Of a stretch of 64,000 nt of DNA, positions 41,030 to 53,889 are shown piece after piece; within the stretch, counting starts at the first letter, position 1, and each line of letters begins with the position of its first letter. The position numbers and the translations under genes are program-made. Under the pieces are notes generated by a model, which saw nothing but the letters and a program-made list of their open reading frames with translations, ran no database searches and was not told the DNA's origin. This DNA comes from Eledone cirrhosa (lineage: Eukaryota), in contig OZ024758.1 in assembly GCA_964016885.1 (NCBI GenBank), positions 38,998,001-39,062,000 on the forward strand. Direction: 5' to 3'.

Positions 41030-44000
41030 TGTTGGTGAGAATTCATTTAAGTTCATGGTATTAGCTGTCAGAAGGAACTCCACTGTTGGTGAGAATTCAT
41101 TTAAGTTCATGGTATTAGCTGTCAGAAGTAACTCCACTGTTGGTGAGAATTCATTTAAGTTCATGGTATTAGCTGTCAGAAGTAACTGCACCGTTGGTGA
41201 GAATTCATTTAAGTTCATGGTACTAGCTGTCAGAAGTAACTCCAATGTTGGTGAGAATTCATTTAAGTTCATGGTATTAGCTGTCAGAAGTAACTCCACT
41301 GTTGGTGAGAATTCATTTAAGTTCATGGTATTAGCTGTCAGAAGTAACTCCACTGTTGGTAAGAATTCATTTAAGTTCATGGTATTAGCTGTCAGAAGTA
41401 ACTCCACTGTTGGTGAGAATTCATTTAAGTTCATGGTATTAGCTGTCAGAAGGAACGCCACTGTTGGTGAGAATTCATTTAAGTTCATGGTATTAGCTGT
41501 CAGAAGTAACTCCACTGTTGGTGAGAATTCATTTAAGTTCATGGTACTAGCTGTCAGAAGTAACTCCACTGTTGGTGAGAATTCATTTAAGTTCATGGTA
41601 TTAGCTGTCAGAAGTCACTCCAATGTTGGTGAGAATTCATTTAAGTTCATGGTATTAGCTGTCAGAAGTCACTCCACGGTTGGTGAGAATTCATTTAAGT
41701 TCATGGTACTAGCTGTCAGAAGTAACCCCAATGTTGGTGAGAATTCATTTAAGTTCATGGTATTAGCTGTCAGAAGTCACTCCAATGTCGGTGAGAATTC
41801 ATTTAAGTTCATGGTATTAGCTGTCAGAAGTAACTCCACTGTTGGTGAGAATTCATTTAAGTTCATGGTATTAGCTGTCAGAAGTAACTCCACTGTTGGT
41901 GAGAATTCATTTAAGTTCATGGTATTAGCTGTCAGAAGTAACTCCACTGTTGGTGAGAATTCATTTAAGTCATGGTATTAGCTGTCAGAAGTAACTCCAA
42001 TGTTGGTGAGAATTCATTTAAGTTCATGGTATTAGCTGTCAGAAGTCACTCCACTGTTGTTGAGAATTCATTTAAGTTCATGGTACTAGCTGTCAGAAGT
42101 AACCCCAATGTTGGTGAGAATTCATTTAAGTTCATGGTATTAGCTGTCAGAAGTCACTCCAATGTTGGTGAGAATTCATTTAAGTTCATGGTATTAGCTG
42201 TCAGAAGTAACTCCACTGTTGGTGAGAATTCATTTAAGTTCATGGTATTAGCTGTCAGAAGTAACTCCACTGTTGGTGAGAATTCATTTAAGTTCATGGT
42301 ATTAGCTGTCAGAAGTAACTCCACTGTTGGTGAGAATTCATTTAAGTTCATGGTATTAGCTGTCAGAAGGAACTCCAATGTTGGTGAGAATTCATTTAAG
42401 TCATGGTACTAGCTGTCAGAAGTAACTCCACTGTTGGTGAGAATTCATTTAAGTTCATGGTATTAGCTGTCAGAAGGAACTCCACTGTTGGTGAGAATTC
42501 ATTTAAGTTCATGGTATTAGCTGTCAGAAGTCACTCCACTGTTGGTGAGAATACATTTAAGTTCATGGTACTAGCTGTCAGAAGTAACCCCACTGTTGGT
42601 GAGAATTCATTTAAGTTCATGGTATTAGCTGTCAGAAGGAACGCCACTGTTGGTGAGAATTCATTTAAGTTCATGGTATTAGCTGTCAGAAGTAACTCCA
42701 CTGTTGGTGAGAATTCATTTAAGTTCATGGTACTAGCTGTCAGAAGTAACTCCAATGTTGGTGAGAATTCATTTAAGTTCATGGTATTAGCTGTCAGAAG
42801 GAACTCCACTGTTGCTGAGAATTCATTTAAGTTCATGGTATTAGCTGTCAGAAGTAACTCCACTGTTGGTGAGAATTCATTTAAGTTCATGGTACTAGCT
42901 GTCAGAAGTAACTCCACTGTTGGTGAGAATTCATTTAAGTTCATGGTATTAGCTGTCAGAAGTCACTCCAATGTTGGTGAGAATTCATTTAAGTTCATGG
43001 TATTAGCTGTCAGAAGTCACTCCACTGTTGGTGAGAATTCATTTAAGTTCATGGTACTAGCTGTCAGAAGTAACCCCAATGTTGGTGAGAATTCATTTAA
43101 GTTCATGGTATTAGCTGTCAGAAGTCACTCCAATGTTGGTGAGAATTCATTTAAGTTCATGGTATTAACTGTCAGAAGTAACTCCACTGTTGGTGAGAAT
43201 TCATTTAAGTTCATGGTATTAGCTGTCAGAAGTAACTCCACTGTTGGTGAGAATTCATTTAAGTTCATGGTATTAGCTGTCAGAAGTAACTCCGCTGTTG
43301 GTGAGAATTCATTTAAGTCATGGTATTAGCTGTCAGAAGTAACTCCAATGTTGGTGAGAATTCATTTAAGTTCATGGTATTAGTTGTCAGAAGTCACTCC
43401 ACTGTTGGTGAGAATTCATTTAAGTTCATGGTACTAGCTGTCAGAAGTAACCCCAATGTTGGTGAGAATTCATTTAAGTTCATGGTATTAGCTGTCAGAA
43501 GTCACTCCAATGTTGGTGAGAATTCATTTAAGTTCATGGTATTAGCTGTCAGAAGTAACTCCACTGTTGGTGAGAATTCATTTAAGTTCATGGTATTAGC
43601 TGTCAGAAGTAACTCCACTGTTGGTGAGAATTCATTTAAGTTCATGGTATTAGCTGTCAGAAGTAACTCCACTGTTGGTGAGAATTCATTTAAGTTCATG
43701 GTATTAGCTGTCAGAAGTCACTCCAATGTTGGTGAGAATTCATTTAAGTCATGGTACTAGCTGTCAGAAGTAACTCCACTGTTGGTGAGAATTCATTTAA
43801 GTTCATTGTATTAGCTGTCAGAAGGAACGCCACTGTTGGTGAGAATTCATTTAAGTTCATGGTATTAGCTGTCAGAAGTAACTCCACTGTTGGTGAGAAT
43901 TCATTTAAGTTCATGGTACTAGCTGTCAGAAGTAACTCCAATGTTGGTGAGAATCCATTTAAGTTCATGGTATTAGCTGTCAGAAGGAACTCCACTGTTG

Positions 44001-47000
44001 CTGAGAATTCATTTAAGTTCATGGTATTAGCTGTCAGAAGTAACTCCACTGTTGGTGAGAATTCATTTAAGTTCATGGTACTAGCTGTCAGAAGTCACTC
44101 CACTGTTGGTGAGAATACATTTAAGTTCATGGTACTAGCTGTCAGAAGTAACCCCAATGTTGGTGAGAATTCATTTAAGTTCATGGTATTAGCTGTCAGA
44201 AGTCACTCCAATGTTGGTGAGAATTCATTTAAGTTCATGGTATTAGCTGTCAGAAGTAACTCCACTGTTGGTGAGAATTCATTTAAGTTCATGGTACTAG
44301 CTGTCAGAAGTAACCCCAATGTTGGTGAGAATTCATTTAAGTTCATGGTATTAGCTGTCAGAAGTCACTCCAATGTTGGTGAGAATTCATTTAAGTTCAT
44401 GGTATTAGCTGTCAGAAGTAACTCCACTGTTGGTGAGAATTCATTTAAGTACATGGTATTAGCTGTCAGAAGTAACTCCACTGTTGGTGAGAATTCATTT
44501 AAGTTCATGGTACTAGCTGTCAGAAGTCACTCCACTGTTGGTGAGAATACATTTAAGTTCATGGTACTAGCTGTCAGAAGTAACCCCAATGTTGGTGAGA
44601 ATTCATTTAAGTTCATGGTATTAGCTGTCAGAAGTCACTCCAATGTTGGTGAGAATTCATTTAAGTTCATGGTATTAGCTGTCAGAAGTAACTCCACTGT
44701 TGGTAAGAATTCATTTAAGTTCATGGTATTAGCTGTCAGAAGTAACTCCACTGTTGGTGAGAATTCATTTAAGTTCATGGTATTAGCTGTCAGAAGGAAC
44801 GCCACTGTTGGTGAGAATTCATTTAAGTTCATGGTATTAGCTGTCAGAAGTAACTCCACTGTTGGTGAGAATTCATTTAAGTTCATGGTACTAGCTGTCA
44901 GAAGTAACTCCACTGTTGGTGAGAATTCATTTAAGTTCATGGTATTAGCTGTCAGAAGTCACTCCAATGTTGGTGAGAATTCATTTAAGTTCATGGTATT
45001 AGCTGTCAGAAGTCACTCCACTGTTGGTGAGAATTCATTTAAGTTCATGGTACTAGCTGTCAGAAGTAACCCCAATGTTGGTGAGAATTCATTTAAGTTC
45101 ATGGTATTAGCTGTCAGAAGGAACTCCACTGTTGGTGAGAATTCATTTAAGTTCATGGTATTAGCTGTCAGAAGTAACTCCACTGTTGGTAAAAATTCAT
45201 TTAAGTTCATGGTATTAGCTGTCAGAAGTAACTGCACCGTTGGTGAGAATTCATTTAAGTTCATGGTACTAGCTGTCAGAAGTAACTCCAATGTTGGTGA
45301 GAATTCATTTAAGTTCATGGTATTAGCTGTCAGAAGTAACTCCACTGTTGGTGAGAATTCATTTAAGTTCATGGTATTAGCTGTCAGAAGTAACTCCACT
45401 GTTGGTAAGAATTCATTTAAGTTCATGGTATTAGCTGTCAGAAGTAACTCCACTGTTGGTGAGAATTCATTTAAGTTCATGGTATTAGCTGTCAGAAGGA
45501 ACGCCACTGTTGGTGAGAATTCATTTAAGTTCATGGTATTAGCTGTCAGAAGTAACTCCACTGTTGGTGAGAATTCATTTAAGTTCATGGTACTAGCTGT
45601 CAGAAGTAACTCCACTGTTGGTGAGAATTCATTTAAGTTCATGGTATTAGCTGTCAGAAGTCACTCCAATGTTGGTGAGAATTCATTTAAGTTCATGGTA
45701 TTAGCTGTCAGAAGTCACTCCACGGTTGGTGAGAATTCATTTAAGTTCATGGTACTAGCTGTCAGAAGTAACCCCAATGTTGGTGAGAATTCATTTAAGT
45801 TCATGGTATTAGCTGTCAGAAGTCACTCCAATGTCGGTGAGAATTCATTTAAGTTCATGGTATTAGCTGTCAGAAGTAACTCCACTGTTGGTGAGAATTC
45901 ATTTAAGTTCATGGTATTAGCTGTCAGAAGTAACTCCACTGTTGGTGAGAATTCATTTAAGTTCATGGTATTAGCTGTCAGAAGTAACTCCACTGTTGGT
46001 GAGAATTCATTTAAGTCATGGTATTAGCTGTCAGAAGTAACTCCAATGTTGGTGAGAATTCATTTAAGTTCATGGTATTAGCTGTCAGAAGTCACTCCAC
46101 TGTTGTTGAGAATTCATTTAAGTTCATGGTACTAGCTGTCAGAAGTAACCCCAATGTTGGTGAGAATTCATTTAAGTTCATGGTATTAGCTGTCAGAAGT
46201 CACTCCAATGTTGGTGAGAATTCATTTAAGTTCATGGTATTAGCTGTCAGAAGTAACTCCACTGTTGGTGAGAATTCATTTAAGTTCATGGTATTAGCTG
46301 TCAGAAGTAACTCCACTGTTGGTGAGAATTCATTTAAGTTCATGGTATTAGCTGTCAGAAGTAACTCCACTGTTGGTGAGAATTCATTTAAGTTCATGGT
46401 ATTAGCTGTCAGAAGGAACTCCAATGTTGGTGAGAATTCATTTAAGTCATGGTACTAGCTGTCAGAAGTAACTCCACTGTTGGTGAGAATTCATTTAAGT
46501 TCATGGTATTAGCTGTCAGAAGGAACTCCACTGTTGGTGAGAATTCATTTAAGTTCATGGTATTAGCTGTCAGAAGTCACTCCACTGTTGGTGAGAATAC
46601 ATTTAAGTTCATGGTACTAGCTGTCAGAAGTAACCCCACTGTTGGTGAGAATTCATTTAAGTTCATGGTATTAGCTGTCAGAAGGAACGCCACTGTTGGT
46701 GAGAATTCATTTAAGTTCATGGTATTAGCTGTCAGAAGTAACTCCACTGTTGGTGAGAATTCATTTAAGTTCATGGTACTAGCTGTCAGAAGTAACTCCA
46801 ATGTTGGTGAGAATTCATTTAAGTTCATGGTATTAGCTGTCAGAAGGAACTCCACTGTTGCTGAGAATTCATTTAAGTTCATGGTATTAGCTGTCAGAAG
46901 TAACTCCACTGTTGGTGAGAATTCATTTAAGTTCATGGTACTAGCTGTCAGAAGTAACTCCACTGTTGGTGAGAATTCATTTAAGTTCATGGTATTAGCT

Positions 47001-49165
47001 GTCAGAAGTCACTCCAATGTTGGTGAGAATTCATTTAAGTTCATGGTATTAGCTGTCAGAAGTCACTCCACTGTTGGTGAGAATTCATTTAAGTTCATGG
47101 TACTAGCTGTCAGAAGTAACCCCAATGTTGGTGAGAATTCATTTAAGTTCATGGTATTAGCTGTCAGAAGTCACTCCAATGTTGGTGAGAATTCATTTAA
47201 GTTCATGGTATTAACTGTCAGAAGTAACTCCACTGTTGGTGAGAATTCATTTAAGTTCATGGTATTAGCTGTCAGAAGTAACTCCACTGTTGGTGAGAAT
47301 TCATTTAAGTTCATGGTATTAGCTGTCAGAAGTAACTCCGCTGTTGGTGAGAATTCATTTAAGTCATGGTATTAGCTGTCAGAAGTAACTCCAATGTTGG
47401 TGAGAATTCATTTAAGTTCATGGTATTAGTTGTCAGAAGTCACTCCACTGTTGGTGAGAATTCATTTAAGTTCATGGTACTAGCTGTCAGAAGTAACCCC
47501 AATGTTGGTGAGAATTCATTTAAGTTCATGGTATTAGCTGTCAGAAGTCACTCCAATGTTGGTGAGAATTCATTTAAGTTCATGGTATTAGCTGTCAGAA
47601 GTAACTCCACTGTTGGTGAGAATTCATTTAAGTTCATGGTATTAGCTGTCAGAAGTAACTCCACTGTTGGTGAGAATTCATTTAAGTTCATGGTATTAGC
47701 TGTCAGAAGTAACTCCACTGTTGGTGAGAATTCATTTAAGTTCATGGTATTAGCTGTCAGAAGTCACTCCAATGTTGGTGAGAATTCATTTAAGTCATGG
47801 TACTAGCTGTCAGAAGTAACTCCACTGTTGGTGAGAATTCATTTAAGTTCATTGTATTAGCTGTCAGAAGGAACGCCACTGTTGGTGAGAATTCATTTAA
47901 GTTCATGGTATTAGCTGTCAGAAGTAACTCCACTGTTGGTGAGAATTCATTTAAGTTCATGGTACTAGCTGTCAGAAGTAACTCCAATGTTGGTGAGAAT
48001 CCATTTAAGTTCATGGTATTAGCTGTCAGAAGGAACTCCACTGTTGCTGAGAATTCATTTAAGTTCATGGTATTAGCTGTCAGAAGTAACTCCACTGTTG
48101 GTGAGAATTCATTTAAGTTCATGGTACTAGCTGTCAGAAGTCACTCCACTGTTGGTGAGAATACATTTAAGTTCATGGTACTAGCTGTCAGAAGTAACCC
48201 CAATGTTGGTGAGAATTCATTTAAGTTCATGGTATTAGCTGTCAGAAGTCACTCCAATGTTGGTGAGAATTCATTTAAGTTCATGGTATTAGCTGTCAGA
48301 AGTAACTCCACTGTTGGTGAGAATTCATTTAAGTTCATGGTACTAGCTGTCAGAAGTAACCCCAATGTTGGTGAGAATTCATTTAAGTTCATGGTATTAG
48401 CTGTCAGAAGTCACTCCAATGTTGGTGAGAATTCATTTAAGTTCATGGTATTAGCTGTCAGAAGTAACTCCACTGTTGGTGAGAATTCATTTAAGTACAT
48501 GGTATTAGCTGTCAGAAGTAACTCCACTGTTGGTGAGAATTCATTTAAGTTCATGGTACTAGCTGTCAGAAGTCACTCCACTGTTGGTGAGAATACATTT
48601 AAGTTCATGGTACTAGCTGTCAGAAGTAACCCCAATGTTGGTGAGAATTCATTTAAGTTCATGGTATTAGCTGTCAGAAGTCACTCCAATGTTGGTGAGA
48701 ATTCATTTAAGTTCATGGTATTAGCTGTCAGAAGTAACTCCACTGTTGGTAAGAATTCATTTAAGTTCATGGTATTAGCTGTCAGAAGTAACTCCACTGT
48801 TGGTGAGAATTCATTTAAGTTCATGGTATTAGCTGTCAGAAGGAACGCCACTGTTGGTGAGAATTCATTTAAGTTCATGGTATTAGCTGTCAGAAGTAAC
48901 TCCACTGTTGGTGAGAATTCATTTAAGTTCATGGTACTAGCTGTCAGAAGTAACTCCACTGTTGGTGAGAATTCATTTAAGTTCATGGTATTAGCTGTCA
49001 GAAGTCACTCCAATGTTGGTGAGAATTCATTTAAGTTCATGGTATTAGCTGTCAGAAGTCACTCCACTGTTGGTGAGAATTCATTTAAGTTCATGGTACT
49101 AGCTGTCAGAAGTAACCCCAATGTTGGTGAGAATTCATTTAAGTTCATGGTATTAGCTGTCAGAA
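41030..49165. repeat. Tandem duplication, period 4046 bp (75 monomers)
   Basis: Offset 4046 for 41972/46018, 42403/46449, 43320/47366 and 43751/47797. Shared variants are ATGTCGG (~41789/~45835), TGTTGTTGAG (~42060/~46106) and AAGTACATG (~44451/~48497). Confidence 0.92.
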
Positions 49166-52100
49166 GTCACTCCAATGTTGGTGAGAATTCATTTAAGTTC
49201 ATGGTATTAGCTGTCAGAAGTAACTCCACTGTTGGTGAGAATTCATTTAAGTTCATGGTATTAGCTGTCAGAAGTAACTCCACTGTTGGTGAGAATTCAT
49301 TTAAGTTCATGGTATTAGCTGTCAGAAGTAACTCCACTGTTGGTGAGAATTCATTTAAGTCATGGTATTAGCTGTCAGAAGTAACTCCAATGTTGGTGAG
49401 AATTCATTTAAGTTCATGGTATTAGCTGTCAGAAGTCACTCCACTGTTGGTGAGAATTCATTTAAGTTCATGGTACTAGCTGTCAGAAGTAACCCCAATG
49501 TTGGTGAGAATTCATTTAAGTTCATGGTATTAGCTGTCAGAAGTCACTCCAATGTTGGTGAGAATTCATTTAAGTTCATGGTATTAGCTGTCAGAAGTAA
49601 CTCCACTGTTGGTGAGAATTCATTTAAGTTCATGGTATTAGCTGTCAGAAGTAACTCCACTGTTGGTGAGAATTCATTTAAGTTCATGGTATTAGCTGTC
49701 AGAAGTAACTCCACTGTTGGTGAGAATTCATTTAAGTTCATGGTATTAGCTGTCAGAAGGAACTCCAATGTTGGTGAGAATTCATTTAAGTCATGGTACT
49801 AGCTGTCAGAAGTAACTCCACTGTTGGTGAGAATTCATTTAAGTTCATGGGATTAGCTGTCAGAAGGAACTCCACTGTTGGTGAGAATTCATTTAAGTTC
49901 ATGGTATTAGCTGTCAGAAGTAACTCCACTGTTGGTGAGAATTCATTTAAGTTCATGGTATTAGCTGTCAGAAGTAACTGCACCGTTGGTGAGAATTCAT
50001 TTAAGTTCATGGTACTAGCTGTCAGAAGTAACTCCAATGTTGGTGAGAATTCATTTAAGTTCATGGTATTAGCTGTCAGAAGTAACTCCACTGTTGGTGA
50101 GAATTCATTTAAGTTCATGGTATTAGCTGTCAGAAGTAACTCCACTGTTGGTAAGAATTCATTTAAGTTCATGGTATTAGCTGTCAGAAGTAACTCCACT
50201 GTTGGTGAGAATTCATTTAAGTTCATGGTATTAGCTGTCAGAAGGAACGCCACTGTTGGTGAGAATTCATTTAAGTTCATGGTATTAGCTGTCAGAAGTA
50301 ACTCCACTGTTGGTGAGAATTCATTTAAGTTCATGGTACTAGCTGTCAGAAGTAACTCCACTGTTGGTGAGAATTCATTTAAGTTCATGGTATTAGCTGT
50401 CAGAAGTCACTCCAATGTTGGTGAGAATTCATTTAAGTTCATGGTATTAGCTGTCAGAAGTCACTCCACGGTTGGTGAGAATTCATTTAAGTTCATGGTA
50501 CTAGCTGTCAGAAGTAACCCCAATGTTGGTGAGAATTCATTTAAGTTCATGGTATTAGCTGTCAGAAGTCACTCCAATGTTGGTGAGAATTCATTTAAGT
50601 TCATGGTATTAGCTGTCAGAAGTAACTCCACTGTTGGTGAGAATTCATTTAAGTTCATGGTATTAGCTGTCAGAAGTAACTCCACTGTTGGTAAGAATTC
50701 ATTTAAGTTCATGGTATTAGCTGTCAGAAGTAACTCCACTGTTGGTGAGAATTCATTTAAGTCATGGTATTAGCTGTCAGAAGTAACTCCAATGTTGGTG
50801 AGAATTCATTTAAGTTCATGGTATTAGCTGTCAGAAGTCACTCCACTGTTGGTGAGAATTCATTTAAGTTCATGGTACTAGCTGTCAGAAGTAACCCCAA
50901 TGTTGGTGAGAATTCATTTAAGTTCATGGTATTAGCTGTCAGAAGTCACTCCAATGTTGGTGAGAATTCATTTAAGTTCATGGTATTAGCTGTCAGAAGT
51001 AACTCCACTGTTGGTGAGAATTCATTTAAGTTCATGGTATTAGCTGTCAGAAGTAACTCCACTGTTGGTGAGAATTCATTTAAGTTCATGGTATTAGCTG
51101 TCAGAAGTAACTCCACTGTTGGTGAGAATTCATTTAAATTCATGGTATTAGCTGTCAGAAGGAACTCCAATGTTGGTGAGAATTCATTTAAGTCATGGTA
51201 CTAGCTGTCAGAAGTAACTCCACTGTTGGTGAGAATTCATTTAAGTTCATGGTATTAGCTGTCAGAAGGAACTCCACTGTTGGTGAGAATTCATTTAAGT
51301 TCATGGTACTAGCTGTCAGAAGTAACTCCACTGTTGGTGAGAATTCATTTAAGTTCATGGTATTAGCTGTCAGAAGTAACTGCACCGTTGGTGAGAATTC
51401 ATTTAAGTTCATGGTACTAGCTGTCAGAAGTAACTCCAATGTTGGTGAGAATTCATTTAAGTTCAAGGTATTAGCTGTCAGAAGTAACTCCACTGTTGGT
51501 GAGAATTCATTTAAGTTCATGGTATTAGCTGTCAGAAGTAACTCCACTGTTGGTGAGAATTCATTTAAGTTCATGGTATTAGCTGTCAGAAGTAACTCCA
51601 CTGTTGGTGAGAATTCATTTAAGTTCATTGTACTAGCTGTCAGAAGTAACTCCAATGTTGGTGAGAATTCATTTAAGTTCATGGTATTAGCTGTCAGAAG
51701 TAACTCCACTGTTGGTGAGAATTCATTTAAGTCATGGTATTAGCTGTCAGAAGTAACTCCACTGTTGGTGAGAATTCATTTAAGTTCATGGTATTAGCTG
51801 TCAGAAGTAACTCCACTGTTGGTGAGAATTCATTTAAGTTCATGGTACTAGCTGTCAGAAGTAACTCCAATGTTGGTGAGAATTCATTTAAGTTCATGGT
51901 ATTAGCTGTCAGAAGTAACTCCACTGTTGGTGAGAATTCATTTAAGTCATGGTATTAGCTGTCAGAAGTAACTCCACTGTTGGTGAGAATTCATTTAAGT
52001 TCATGGTATTAGCTGTCAGAAGTAACTCCACTGTTGGTGAGAATTCATTTAAGTTCATGGTATTAGCTGTCAGAAGTAACTCCACTGTTGGTGAGAATTC

Positions 52101-52219
52101 ATTTAAGTTCATGGTATTAGTTTGTCAGAAGTAACTCCACTGTTGGTGAGAATTCATTTAAGTCATAGTATTAGTTGTCAGAAGTAACTCCAATGTTGGT
52201 GAGAATTCATTTAAGTTCA

Positions 52220-53670
52220 TGGTACTAGCTGTCAGAAGTAACTCCACTGTTGGTGAGAATTCATTTAAGTTCATGGTAATAGCTGTCAGAAGTAACTCCA
52301 CTGTTGGTGAGAATTCATTTAAGTCATGGTATTAGCTGTCAGAAGTAACTCCAATGTTGGTGAGAATTCATTTAAGTCATGGTACTAGCTGTCAGAAGTA
52401 ACTCCAATGTTGGTGAGAATTCATTTAAGTTCATGGTATTAGCTGTCAGAAGTAACTCCACTGTTGGTGAGAATTCATTTAAGTTCATGGTATTAGCTGT
52501 CAGAAGTAACTCCACTGTTGGTGAGAATTCATTTAAGTCATGGTATTAGCTGTCAGAAGTAACTCCAATGTTGGTGAGAATTCATTTAAGTTCATGGTAT
52601 TAGCTGTCAGAAGTCACTCCACTGTTGGTGAGAATTCATTTAAGTTCATGGTACTAGCTGTCAGAAGTAACCCCAATGTTGGTGAGAATTCATTTAAGTT
52701 CATGGTATTAGCTGTCAGAAGTAACTCCACTGTTGGTGAGAATTCATTTAAGTTCATGGTATTAGCTGTCAGAAGGAACGCCACTGTTGGTGAGAATTCA
52801 TTTAAGTTCATGGTATTAGCTGTCAGAAGTAACTCCACTGTTGGTGAGAATTCATTTAAGTTCATGCTACTAGCTGTCAGAAGGAACGCCACTGTTGGTG
52901 AGAATTCATTTAAGTTCATGGTATTAGCTGTCAGAAGTAACTCCACTGTTGGTGAGAATTCATTTAAGTTCATGCTACTAGCTGTCAGAAGTAACTCCAC
53001 TGTTGGTGAGAATTCATTTAAGTTCATGGTAATAGCTGTCAGAAGTAACTCCACTGTTGGTGAGAATTCATTTAAGTCATGGTATTAGCTGTCAGAAGTA
53101 ACTCCAATGTTGGTGAGAATTCATTTAAGTCATGGTACTAGCTGTCAGAAGTAGCTCCAATGTTGGTGAGAATTCATTTAAGTTCATGGTATTAGCTGTC
53201 AGAAGTAACTCCACTGTTGGTGAGAATTCATTTAAGTTCATGGTATTAGCTGTCAGAAGTAACTCCACTGTTGGTGAGAATTCATTTAAGTCATGGTATT
53301 AGCTGTCAGAAGTAACTCCAATGTTGGTGAGAATTCATTTAAGTTCATGGTATTAGCTGTCAGAAGTCACTCCACTGTTGGTGAGAATTCATTTAAGTTC
53401 ATGGTACTAGCTGTCAGAAGTAACCCCAATGTTGGTGAGAATTCATTTAAGTTCATGGTATTAGCTGTCAGAAGTAACTCCACTGTTGGTGAGAATTCAT
53501 TTAAGTTCATGGTATTAGCTGTCAGAAGGAACGCCACTGTTGGTGAGAATTCATTTAAGTTCATGGTATTAGCTGTCAGAAGTAACTCCACTGTTGGTGA
53601 GAATTCATTTAAGTTCATGCTACTAGCTGTCAGAAGGAACGCCACTGTTGGTGAGAATTCATTTAAGTTC
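52220..53670. repeat. Tandem duplication, period 753 bp (14 monomers)
   Basis: ORF starts 52540/53293. GGTAATAG at ~52278/~53031 and the ATGCTACT+AGGAACGCC monomer recur at the same offset. Confidence 0.8.
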
Positions 53671-53889
53671 ATGGTATTAGCTGTCAGAAGTAACGCCACT
53701 GTTGGTGAGAATTCATTTAAGTTCATGGTATTAGCTGTCAGAAGTAACTCCACTGTTGGTGAGAATTCATTTAAGTTCATGCTACTAGCTGTCAGAAGTA
53801 ACTCCAATGTTGGTGAGAATTCATTTAAGTTCATGGTATTAGCTGTCAGAAGGAACTCCACTGTTGCTGAGAATTCATTTAAGTTCATG

